Positions 48,485-60,459 of a stretch of DNA of 64,000 bases are shown one piece after another. The notes beneath the pieces are model-generated. The model was not told where the DNA came from. It saw only the letters and a program-made list of their open reading frames with translations, and searched no databases. Origin of the DNA: Vermamoeba vermiformis (Eukaryota). The position numbers and the translations under genes were made by a program. Numbering within the stretch: the stretch's first letter is position 1; every line of letters starts with the position of its first letter. Location: NCBI GenBank assembly GCA_045837725.1, contig JBEWZL010000302.1, forward strand, positions 310,001 through 374,000, written 5' to 3'.

Positions 48485-50879
48485 ATGGAGGGGCATCCTA
48501 AAGATCTAACGAAAGAAGAGGTACCGACAAATTTAAATGTCAATAGGCAACAGGTATTTTTGTCTAATTATTTTGTTATTCTATTTATCATCCCGGACGA
48601 TTACAATTGCTTAATACTGTATTCAAATTTTTTAAAATTAATTGTAATATTATGGATCAGTCCAAGAAGCCAACCAACTTTATTCCTGACTTTATGGATG
48701 AAGACACTCTGTTCAATCATATGGAAGATAGAATTGGAGATCAATCCTCAGAAGAGCCCTCAGAGATAACCACGGATGTCACAAAGCTGCCATTTGTACA
48801 AAATCTAATTCGCGAAAGTAAGTCATACTGATACAGAAGATTAATATCAACCTTCTTTATAGATGAAATTCTCAAAGAGAGGCTACGTTATTTTACAACG
48901 TCCTTGTACAAGGAACTCAAAGACGACGCGCTTTGTACAATAGCGTGGCATCAAATACAACAGTAAGTCATTATCGTATAATAATAATGAAAATCACCAC
49001 TAACAATGATATAGCGAGTATCGACAGGAGTTGGAAGACATTCTGGCGAAAGCTTACCTCAAAGACAACTATTATGATAGCAGTTCCTCGAGTAGCGTAA
49101 GCCTGTAACCACCGATAGTAAAATATTTAAATATCGCAATATGCAGGATGATAGTGGCGATGAAGAGGAGAATAGAAACAAAGAAGAGATAAATTTAGAT
49201 GAATTAAGCGAGCCGAGTATCAACACCGATAATGCACGAGCCGCAAGAGAATTGAAGAATGCAATGGTCGAGGAAAAAGCACCAAGTGATAAAACAGCAC
49301 CTGAGAGCACAATAGTATCTACCGATAATAGCAGTGGTATCGTCACTGTAATGGATCCACTCCCGCTTGAACCATCGTCTTCGAGCGAGGAGAGTAGCGA
49401 GTCGGAGTTGGACGAGATGGAAGAAGAGGAACAAGCCGCCGCTGCCATTCGAAGAGGCCATTAAAGTTGAGGGCTTAGGTGTGGCCAAGTATTACAAGGG
49501 GTTTTGCATTGACACGTGTCAACACAAACTCGATTTTCAAAATCTGAACTTCAAGCCTTGGGAAGTACCTTAGTATCCTTTTTAAACAAATACAACAAGC
49601 ACTCTTCGGAATTAAATTATTATCCTTAATTAGCTTAGCTACGAAAGGCTACTGTTGGATCCACTGCCATTGCCTCCAAACAAGTAATGCCTTTCACTCT
49701 CACTATCCGTTTTTAACAAATTTTTAGGCCAATTCGCGAAGTAATATCAAAGTGTTTTAACTGTGGTGCTCCAGGGCATGCATTTACCGATTGTCCTCAC
49801 GTAAGTGAAGTCCATAAATTCCCGCCAAGTACTTATCTGCGACAGCCACGAGACCAAAAAGCTATCAACGCGAACAGACGAAAGTTTTTAGAAACATCTA
49901 CCAATAGAACCGACGAAGATGATGGTCACAGATACTGGGAGAGCGATAGTTTAACTCAGAAGACACGGTATGGCGTGTTTACTCCTGGCGTACTTAGTGC
50001 TACTCTGCGGGAAGCACTCGGCATGAAAGTAGACGAACCTAAGGACACAACCGACGAAGAAGGACAAATTGAAGGTGCTGATGAACCTCCCTACTACGCG
50101 CGAATGCGCATTTTTGGTTACCCTCCAGGCTACATCAAGTGCAAGTACATATGTAACCATTTAAGTTATGCTAACATTACTACAGTCGACACAATACCAA
50201 CTCCTTCCGGCTTAATTGTACACACGGATAGCAAAGAGAATGATGGCCAAGACGACATTCAGTTCAATCAAAATGCACTTTCAGTCATCGAACAAGCTGC
50301 TCCTCACTCACAACAACCACCTGCCCCACTTGTCACCTATCCTGGCCTTCATTTTGAACCTCAATACTTTGCGCAACTTGGTATGTCTTAAAAGGCAGTG
50401 AGCAACTATGACTGACCTTCGAATAGATCCTGCAAACAAAACTATCAATCGCAGACACAGCGCAGTCAACTTGCCTCCAACACAGCCGCCAGTGTCGTTC
50501 ATGTCACCGGCAGCTCGACCAGCAGCATCGTGGACAAAGTACAATAACAACACGAATAACGCACAGTACAACTTCAATCACAATCACAAGACATTGTATG
50601 ACAACCACCAAGAAGAGGACATGGTGATTGAGAGCAGTCCAAGGCCCACAAGACAAACTGACAGCTCGCGGGTAATGTCATGGATGCGCCTTAAATAGAT
50701 GTACTAGAGCTAATTGCCATTCATAGAAACGCAAAAGATCTTCATCGCGATCTCGATCACGGAGCCGGGAAAGAAAACGAAGACGAACACGATCAAGAAG
50801 CAGATCGCGTTCACGCGAACGAGAACCTAGACGCCGGGAAAGCTACGGGCATAACAGCAGGTCCTATGATAGAAGGTGA
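48485..50879 (+). CDS. ZCCHC8: ZCCHC8 (NEXT complex) zinc knuckle + PSP protein with RS-rich tail; apparent frameshift near 49460
   Basis: KYYKGFCID, WEVPYY, CFNCGAPGHAFTDCP.PRD..INANRRKF, FTPGVLSATLREALG and PPYYARMRIFGYPPGY. Confidence 0.85.
49573..49638 (+). other. U12-type (minor spliceosome) GT-AG intron
   Basis: 5' site GTATCCTTTT, branch site ATCCTTAAT about 10 nt before the AG, and no polypyrimidine tract; removal restores the frame WEVPY-YER. Confidence 0.88.
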
Positions 50880-51223
50880 TAGGGAGCGAACTTTTGAGCA
50901 CGGTAATTTGCCTTTCGCACGATATTTTCCCGGCTGCTGTAAATAATCGGAACGACTAAAAATAGCGCTCCTTGCGATATTAAAAACGGTTAACTCCGGA
51001 ACGAATTAAACATGACGGACCAGTATGATAATTTCTATTTATTCGACTTTTCAAGATTTTACGCAGCACTTGGATCCCAAATATTTACGCATTTGTGCAC
51101 CGTTTAACATTCGATGAAATACCAGATTTTTTGGATTGTGAATTCCATTTAATTTCAACAAATATCGGCACTCGTATAACACACGAGGTCTATAAAACGT
51201 ATTGCTAAGTTGACGCCATCGAC

Positions 51224-54200
51224 ATGTCCATTAAAGAAGGCAAACTTGAAAAGTTAGGCGCTAAGTTTCCGAGCTGGAAGAAGAGATTCTTCGTGCTCAA
51301 GGATACTACGTTCGCCTACTACAAAGACAAGTCAGCCTTCAAGAAAGTAAGAAAGCCAAAGATTCGTGAACAAAATTCACGAAGATTTTCTGACTGAATT
51401 TTGAATTTTTAGGGCAAAGATCCGATTAAATTAATTCAATTAACTCCCGACGTAACGTGCAATGTCGTGGATAAAAAGGATAGTAAGGTAAGAAGACTTC
51501 GGATGAGCAGAATTGCGAATTTTTGTTAATTTTTGCAATTCCAAAACAGAGAAACCACAGCTTTAGAGTGGTTACCGCCAAGCGAGTATTTTTCATCGTT
51601 GCCGATGACGATAAAGAAGCAGCCGCATGGGTGGATGCGATTAACGGACAACTTACGAAACTGGCTAGTCAGGTAAACTTTGCTTGATTTCAATCAACGG
51701 AATATTAAATGCGTTTATTAGTCGCCCAGACAAGATAGCGTCAAAGCAATTCCAACTTCCGAAAGTATCTCGCCCCGCCCTGACGCTCAACCCCAGCCTG
51801 TGGGCACTGACGCGGCATCAAATACCAACGTGAATGCTACTTCTGCCACTACCCCTCGCCCAGTCACTCCTCGCGCAACGCACAACGCGGTCAGCCTTAA
51901 GTTGACAGGTGTCAAATTGAGTGCGAAAGATAGCAGCGGCAAGAGCGGTAAGTTTATCTCAATTCAATGAAGCTAAACTAACCCTCGAAAGATCCGTTTT
52001 TGGTGTTCTACCGAGAGACAGATCTGGTTCATCCTCTCTGGCGAACTGAAGCTGTCAACCAAACTCTCAATCCTGAGTGGAAGCCCTTCACGCTGAGATT
52101 CGATGACTTTGGAGGACCCTCCACAACCGTAGTTGTTGATTGCTTTGACTGGTGAGTGGTAGCTCCTTAAGCTAAGTTTGAGTCTAAATTAACACGGGAC
52201 CGGTAGGGACGCCGATGGCAAGAATGATTTGATTGGTCAATTTAGAGCCAAGCTCGAGGAGTTCACTGAAGGAAAGTCCTTCGAGTTAGTTAGCGGTAGC
52301 AACAAGCTGGGCGGAAAGTAAGTTAATGCAGCCACGAAAAACATGTTATTGACCCCAGCAAAAGGATTGTTGTCTCTAGTGCCCAGCTCCTGGACTTGCA
52401 ACCGGCAGTTGTGGAGTTCGGTTACCAATTGAAGTTTGCTGGCCTCAAGCTCGAAAAGAAGAACTTTGGCATTGGTGCCAAGAGCGATCCTTTCTTCCGT
52501 GTGCGTAGTTATTCTGCGCAAGGAGGCTATGCTCCAACTATCTACAAGAGTGAAGTCCTTTACGACACTCTTAACCCTAACTGGGCACCGTTTGTAGTGT
52601 ACCGAAGTCAATTCTACAAACAAAACAACCCAGATCCGCAATTGTTGATCGAAGTGTACGACTACGACAAGAAGGACGGTGACGTGCATGTCATCGGCAC
52701 CGTGTTGATTCATTGGCACGAGTTCAAATGGCTCGGCTCGCGTTGGACTTTGCAAGACAAAGACAAGAAAGAGTATGACGGTTATAAATAAGGGTAACTC
52801 ATTACTAACTATTGCACACAGCGGTGGTGTCATTGTGCTAGAAGAAGCACAACCTATCTATCAAGATGCTCCTGATCGCCTTGCTGCCTATCCTGCCTAC
52901 TCCTTCAAGATCAAAGCCCGCAGCTTGGCCAGCATGGACGGCCCTGGCAAGAAGTCTGATCCCTACTTTGTGTTGTCAACTCAAATCAATGGCAAAGAGC
53001 TCATCGTCTATCGTTCTGAAATTATCAGCAATGACCTCGATCCAAACTTCAAGCAATTCGAAGTGCAATTCCCGCCTGGCGTGGACAGATTCCACCCTCT
53101 GCACTTCGATGTTTGGGTATGTTCGACGATAATTCTAGCGCCTACGGTCTAACATTCAACTTAGGACCATGATCGCGATGGTAGCGACGATAAGATCGGC
53201 TTGGTGGTGACTGATCTCAATGAACTTCAGCTCCACAGAAACGTGTGCTTCCCTATCGAACATAACGGCAAGCAGTAAGTAATCAGCACGCACTCTCTGA
53301 CACACTACTAACCTACCATTAGTCGTGGTGAACTTATTGTTGAGGAGATCTTGCCTCAGTATAATGCCGCACCCAAGTTGACTGGCGTTGCCTTCCGTGT
53401 CACTGCTAGCGGCAAAGAGCTGGCTCGTGTTGATCTGCTCAGCAAGTCCGATCCATATTTCGTCATTTCCAAGAATGATCAAGTCATCTACAAGTCCGAG
53501 CACTTGAACAACACTCACAGCCCGTGCTGGAAGCCTTTCATCCTCGATGTTGCGGACGTCGGTGGCAACTACGACGACAAGTTCAAAGTTGCTGTCTGGG
53601 ACCACGACGATGTATGTACAGTGTGCCTAATGTCATCCGAGTCATCACTAACTTGTTTGTTGCAGTCCAACAAAGACGATTTGATCGGTGAAGTCGAGAC
53701 ATCGCTGCGTGAGTGGTCGTTTGAGCACCCTCAATTAGGATTGAGAAAGGGTGACAACAAGGCACGTGGTGTGTTCTCTATTGATGGTATCACGCCAGTC
53801 AATCGACCAGTCTCTCCTCCTCACTCCACTCTGTTCGGTGAGTTGCACTGGAGAGTTGGCACACCATTGAGCTTAATTGTCAACACCAATGACAAATACG
53901 GCTACAAAGTGCCTTATGGTGGTTCAGCTGTCACGCTTAAACTCACCAAAGAAGTCTTAGTTGGTAAGTGACTTGCCCAGTTGACAATTAAAGCTAACAT
54001 CAACCTCTCAGATGATGACTCAAGCTCTGAATCCTCATCGTCATCTTCATCGTCCTCGTCGTCTTCGTCTTCATCTGAGAAGCATAAACACGCCAAAGAA
54101 GAGACCTCAGACGCAGCGACTTTCCAGGTTGAAGACAAGCAAGATGGTACCTACTTCGTGCACGTCACTCCTCTTAAACCCGGAGACTACAAACTCCACA

Positions 54201-55126
54201 TCCACGTCAATGATTTTAGCATCCACGGTGGTCCGTTCAATGTTGCCATTGCACCTGAAATCAAACCGGAGCCAGTTCCTGAACCAGTACCAGAGCCCGT
54301 TGTGGTTCCCGAACCCATTCCCGAACCTATTCCTGAACCCATCGTTGTGCCAGAGCCTGTTCCCGAACCTGTGCCCGAACCTGTACCAGAGCCCGTTGTA
54401 GTTCCCGAGCCCATTCCTGAACCTATTCCTGAACCTGTGAAAGAAGAGCCAATCGTTGCCAAAGAAGAGCCTCCTCAAGCTCCAGTCGCTGCTGAGCCGC
54501 AAGCAGACCTAGACCCGTTCCCGCGCTTGATTCGATTCAGTGGCAAAGGACCAAACATCACTGCCTCACTCGTGGAATGCAAGAACACCTCCCTCAACTC
54601 GAACGAAGTCTTCTTGTTGGATACTGGCGACAAGTTGATCCAGTGGAGTGGCGCTACTTCTGGCATCATGCTGCGAAACAAGTGCAGCTCTATTGTACGT
54701 GTTATTGACGACGAACGAGCGTCAAGTGTGAAGATTGAAGTGCACGCTGAAGGTGATGCCGACTTGAACGAGTTCTGGCACGTGTTGGGCGGTGTTGTGA
54801 CACCTACCAAAGAGCCCAATGCTACACCCGGCAGTGCTCCTGTGCTGTTCCGAGTGAGCGATGCTAATGGCAAAGTTGAATTTGTTCAAGTGGCTCAAGG
54901 CAATGGCATCAAGCGCAATCAATTGAGCTCTGATGACACGTTCATCTTCGACGTTGGCTTTGAAATCTTCGTCTGGGAGGGCAAGAAGAGCAACAAGACT
55001 GAAAAGGCCTATGCCCAGACAGCTGCACGACAGTACCGAGATCAATACAACAGGCCCGCCTACATCAAGATCACGCGCTGCATGGAAGGCGGTGAAAATG
55101 AAATCTTTGGGGCATTTTTGGTTTAA
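51224..55126 (+). CDS. Multidomain PH + 4 copine-type C2 + filamin/Ig + PEPV linker + 2 gelsolin repeats
   Basis: KEGKLEKLG..SWKKRFFVL..AWVDAI (PH); four KSDP(F/Y)..LNPxW/DPNF/SPCW..DxD units (C2); VEDKQDGTYFVHVTPLKPGDYKLHI..SIHGGPF (filamin); SLNSNEVFLLD and LSSDDTFIFD..IFVWEGKKS..EGGE (gelsolin). Confidence 0.88.
54265..54440 (+). repeat. Coding tandem repeat encoding (PEP[V/I])n
   Basis: 12-nt CCnGArCCn(G/A)Tn units with a higher-order period of PEPVPEPVPEPVVVPEPIPEPI. Confidence 0.9.
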
Positions 55127-55209
55127 AGATCATTGTTTTCAAAATAAAGCTTGTTAGTATTTATCAGACCGTATTGTGGCCGTTCACTGATTTAAATGTC
55201 TACTATTTA

Positions 55210-55790
55210 CTACCTTGTAAGCACTTTGTGTGCTACGTACAATAACCACAATCCCGACACTACTGTTAGTGTAGGCAATCCACGAGTACTCGGCTGAGAC
55301 GAGGAGATTAGAGATTGAAAGTTGCTGAATTGCGTTGCTTACCTTGTTGTGATATCCGTCCATTAATACTCTGTACACCATGCCGGGCCAAGCTATGCTC
55401 AAGTATCCCGTACTGAACTGTTACAAAACATTAATAAGATCAAATATAGGCCACACTTCACCGCTTACAGAAACGCCTAGTAAACTCAACAATTTGAACA
55501 TGCCTTGTCGATCGTTCCATCGAGGAATATGACTCCAAATAAATGAAATGCCGATGTTATCTCGAGAACCGTATTCACCAATAATGGTGATCATCGTGAA
55601 AGCAGATCCTTCAATTAATTCAGTAAATTTGAGAAATTAATCAAGCTATTATTTTGGTAAAAAATACATTGTATTACAACTTCCTACCTGACACATATTT
55701 TAGTACTTCATAACCACGTTTAATTTGGGGTCTCCAAGCGCGGTAAAGTTCCAGCACCCAGTCCCACTTCTCTTTTTCAATTTCTGTCAT
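55210..55790 (-). CDS. Small hypothetical membrane-associated protein (4 exons)
   Basis: The ATG at 55790 and three GT-AG introns give an uninterrupted frame ending LPTLTVVSGLWLLYVAHKVLTR; family not recognised. Confidence 0.6.
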
Positions 55791-55945
55791 AAAAACAATA
55801 AAATAACCTATAATACAAATGCGCTGCTCCGCGGTGGTTCTGCAGCGAGGGGTGAAATTCAATTTGGAAAAAAATCTATTTGATTTTTACAAACCGTGCT
55901 ACTTCACGGACGAGCAGAAATAGGATTATTTTTACAATTGTCCAA

Positions 55946-57661
55946 ATGTTTAAGGCCATAACTGCTGGAGACTTAAAGGCCGTTCGAGATCTAATAAATG
56001 CAGATCCGAAGGAGGCAACAGCCAAGTTAATTTCCCACAAAGAGGATCTTGTACGTATTTTTTCATTATTCAAGCGATTTTAATCTTCTTTAAACCAATC
56101 GAGAATCATGAATAATCAGAAACCAATTTTGTTAATTAAATAAATTAGATCTCAGACGAAGAGTTCACCACGCCATTACATCTCGCAGTGTTGCATAAGA
56201 AATATGATATTGCAAAATTTCTACTCGATAGTGGCGCAGATCCAAACCGCCTCGACTTTGACGAAGAACACGGTAGCAGAACTCCTTTGGGACTTGCTGG
56301 TTTGTATTTCAATTTGTTATTTATATTATAATAGGCCCTTACTCTTCCCACAGCTGCAAATGGAGATTTAAATACGGCAAAGTTACTTGTTGCACGCGGC
56401 AGTCAAGTCAATCAACGCGACGAGTTGTTTCACGTGGGCGGCAGATCTCCGTTGCACCACGCTACATTGAGTGGCAATACTGCGTTAGTACGCTTCTTGT
56501 TAGACGAAGGAGCAGATCTTGGCGTGGAAGACAACCACCTCAAAACAGCCTATCACTATGCCGCGGGTCACGGTTTTATTCCTATTTTGGAAATGCTACT
56601 CGAGGCCAAGGACGGCAAAGAAATCATCAATCGACGCTACGAAGGGTCACCGCTGCACGAGGCCACGCAGAGCAATCACGTGACAGCTGTCAAACTGTTG
56701 TTGCGAGCAGGAGCACACATTGACCCGCCTGCAGATGTCATTCAGACTACACCACTGCATCTAGCTGCTCGATTAGGCAATCACGATATAGTGCAGCTAT
56801 TAATAGACCACGGTGCTGATGTGAGCAAGCGCTATGAGTTTCCTTACGAGAGTCCGCTGCAGATAGCCACGGTCGATGGTCACGAGGCAGTGGTGTTGAC
56901 ACTGCTCAACTACATGATTGAAGTGAGTATTGCAATGTCTACGTAGACCATATTAACACGTATTATAGACCGACAAAGTGCTCGAGACAGTAGAACGGTC
57001 CATTAAAGTGGCTGCAGGCAACAATCGTCACGTGATCATTTACCACTTGTTGCGACATTACAGAAAGCTGCTCAATGTCTCTGCCTCCGAATCCAATCCT
57101 AAAGCCCTCCTCCCTGAGCGCTATTTGCACGTCACACACTCAGCACTGTACAAAGCAACAACGAACGGTCACCTCGAAGTGGTCCGAGTACTCGCGTCAG
57201 GTTTCGATGTTGACGTCAATTACGTTGCTAAAGACCAATTCCAACACGTGAAGCGTAAAAAATCAGTGCTATATGTAGCTGTTACATCGGGCTACAAAGA
57301 CATTGCCAAACTGTTGCTGTTGAATGGTGCTGATCCAAACGCCGGCACAAAAGATTTGTTGACTCCTTTACACGTTGCTGCACACGAAGGAGATCTGAAG
57401 ATGGTCAAACGCCTCATTAAATATGGCGCCAATGTCAATAGCAGAGATCTTGAGGCTAACGAAACGCCGCTCTTTGATGCTGCACGCGCCGGTCACGCGG
57501 ATGTCGTCAAATTGCTTGTTGAACGTGGCGCTGATATCTACTTACTCAACAATAAGCGACAGGCAGCTTGGCAAGTAGTACAAAGTAACAACAAACCACT
57601 CGCAGATCTGATGGTAAAGACTTACTTAGCTGCCAAAAATACGCGTCGCTCAAAACTGTAA
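55946..57661 (+). CDS. Ankyrin repeat protein
   Basis: Many TPLHLA/SPLHHA/TPLHVAA..LL..GAD units. Confidence 0.92.
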
Positions 57662-57722
57662 AATAAAGCACTTGAACACCCTTGAATGCGATTTAATTTA
57701 ATTTAATTTCAATACACCACAA

Positions 57723-60341
57723 ATGGCTGACAACAATAAACCCGAACAATTGAGTTCACCTCGTGGTGAGGAGAGAAAGCACAAGGACAAGAAGAAAGAC
57801 AAGCCTAAGCACTCTACTTCGACATCCAACGTTACTGAGAAAACCGAATCTCCTCGAGGTGCTGAGCAAAAGGAGACTAAAGAGCCCATTACTCCTGCTA
57901 AAGAAAGCAATGCCAACCGCCGTCCAGCCGAGGATGTAACAGAGTTCTTGAACGATCCCAAATTACAAACTGGAATTAAGCACAAACTCGTCAGAAAAGG
58001 TAATGATAATTTTAAAAAAATTATTTTGGTGGTAAAACAACAATAGATACAATTAATCAATACAAAGATTTTGTCCGTTAAAACTGCCGTCTCATTCAGA
58101 TAATTTTCTGACTTGTTTAATAACAGATTGCCCCGTCGAATTTGTCACCGTATACTCTGATAGAGCTGAGGGTAAGCTTCAATTAATTATTTGCTGGAGG
58201 AACGTTTCAGTTACAATCCCGAATTAAAGATACGCAAATATCTATTTTTGTATCAATCGCGGATTATTCTAATTACTCAAAGTAACTTCTTTGTTCATAT
58301 ACTAACGACATCAAATGAATATTACTTGACTAATCTGATTGACAGTTACTCGACGAATCCACTGCGACATTGAGACCGTTGGTGTTCAAGAAGTTATTTT
58401 GACCGACCTCCTTTCTAATGGTAAGCGTGCTTACGAGCAAGTATTATGCAAGGCCTGTGCTAACTAGACGCAGTGGTGGAGAACAGTGTGCGCGTGAGTG
58501 GTGGCGAAGGTGATGCAGTCATCTTGGAGGTGTCATTCGACCGTCGCTTCGAGACACACGAGTCTGCAGAGTCAGCAGCAACGAAACGAAGAAAAGAACT
58601 CGAACAACTCAAACAACACATTGAGACTCTTCAATCTGAACTGCAACGTGTTCAAGTGAGTGCTCGTTGCAACTCGTTCGTGATGATAATGGTGTGGTGA
58701 TACTAACAGTGTTTGTTCTCTTTGTGCAGAAAGAAGAGAGTTGGCTGGAACAGTTCACCACCGAGCGCATTGTGTCCTCTGAAACAGCTCCTTCAGGTGC
58801 CGTGAAGAAAGAGGTGATTGCCCTGGAAGACATGGTGAAAATGATGTCGTTCTACAACCAAGAACTGACTCGTGTTGGCCAAGAACGACTCAAACTGATG
58901 AACACAATTGAGGACGAAGAGACAAAGATGAAACAACTGAGTGATGAGATTGCAAATGGAGCAACGAACTACGGAGAAGAGAAGCGCGAAGTGATTGTTG
59001 TTCTTTACGTGCGCAGTCCAGGACCCATCTCACTTCAGATCTCTTACGTTCTCACTGGTGCCAAGTAAGTTCATGATTGAATATCACTCAGTATCATCAC
59101 ATTCGATATCTAACTCAATCGTTATCGTTTCACATCAGATGGCTGAGCAGCTACGACTTCAGATTGAGCTCGACCACAAATGACAAGAAAGAGACGAGCT
59201 GTCAATTGGTGTACTACGGCTCAGTGGAGAACGACTCAGGTGAAGACTGGAAAGATGTTCAGCTGTCACTGAGCACTGCCACACCGAGCTCAGCCGCGAA
59301 ACCACCTGCACTCAAGACGCTGTACGCTAGCGCTGAAGAGCCGTACAAACTAAAGAAAAAGGGCGGCTTTGGTATTGTTGGTTTTTTCGGTGGTGCCAAG
59401 TCATCAAAAGAGTCGCACTCCAGGCGCATGGAGACGTCCAATGCTCTCTATGTTGACTATGATGCTGATGAAGCTGAAAGAGGCAACGTCTCTGCTGCCA
59501 CCACGGATGTTGGTACGGTCACTATTAGCCACAGCGATCTCCAAGCTAAACTAACTTCTCGCCAATTCAGAACAAGGCGCCACGAGTCAAACATACAACA
59601 TTCAGCGTCCTGTATCGATTGCAGCGGACAAGAAGCCTCGCAAAGTGACCATTGCAGTGATGGACTTGTCAGTTCAACTGCACTACACAGCCATTCCATC
59701 ACTTGCAGAGAAAGCGTACTTGAGAGCCAAAGCCAACAACAGCTCAAAGTACCAACTTCTTCCAGGCTCAATGAATGTGTTCAACGACAATGTGTTTGTT
59801 GCCAACTCACAACTCGGAGTAAGTCACACCACACAATCATTGTTTGATAGTGCAAGCTAACACATGTGCTTCAGTCAACGAGCCCTGGTGAGGACTTTGA
59901 TGTCTTCTTGGGTGCTGATCCCAACATCAAGGTGGAGTTCAAGCCCGTGCGCAAGACAGCTGCCACTTCAGGTGTGCTGACCAAGACCCGCACGCAAGTA
60001 AACACTCAGACTGCAGTCATCAAGAACTTGAAGGCTGAGATCATCTCAATGACTGTCTTCGCTCAACTCCCGCAATCAGAGGACGACAAGATTAAGGTGA
60101 AACTCATTGACCCTGAGATCGTTAAGGTAAACAATAGTCATTCTTTTGCGACGAGTTGCTAATTCATAAAAAGGATGACGAGGCTATCGTATTGAACGAC
60201 TGGAACAACATTCGCTGGAAGTTCAGCTTGGACCCCAACGAGGAGAAGAAGATCACTCTTCAATACAACGTTGAGTATCCTGCTGACCGCGAATTGGACT
60301 ACTACAGCAATCCCACTCAATCCGATGGCTCGCTTGAATAA
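57723..60341 (+). CDS. DUF4140 + DUF4139 (MuiA/TIGR02231-like) protein
   Basis: VTVYSDRAEVTR, NSVRVSG, coiled coil, W.SSYDFRL, VENDSGEDWKDVQLSLSTATP, AIPSLAEKAYL, LLPGSMNVF, PGEDFDVFLGAD and QLPQSEDDKIKV. Confidence 0.85.
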
Positions 60342-60459
60342 GCCTCTCCCTTATTTATTTTATTTATTCGCTTTCTAACCAATAATAAATACTAAGAAGA
60401 CAAGAGCGCGCTTTTGGTCTACTGATCTTTATACAAAAACAAAATTTGACAAAATGAAA

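Noticed and set aside
54265-54440. Regularly spaced repeats as a CRISPR-like array
   Set aside because: In-frame coding PEPV repeats without unique spacers, in a eukaryotic gene.
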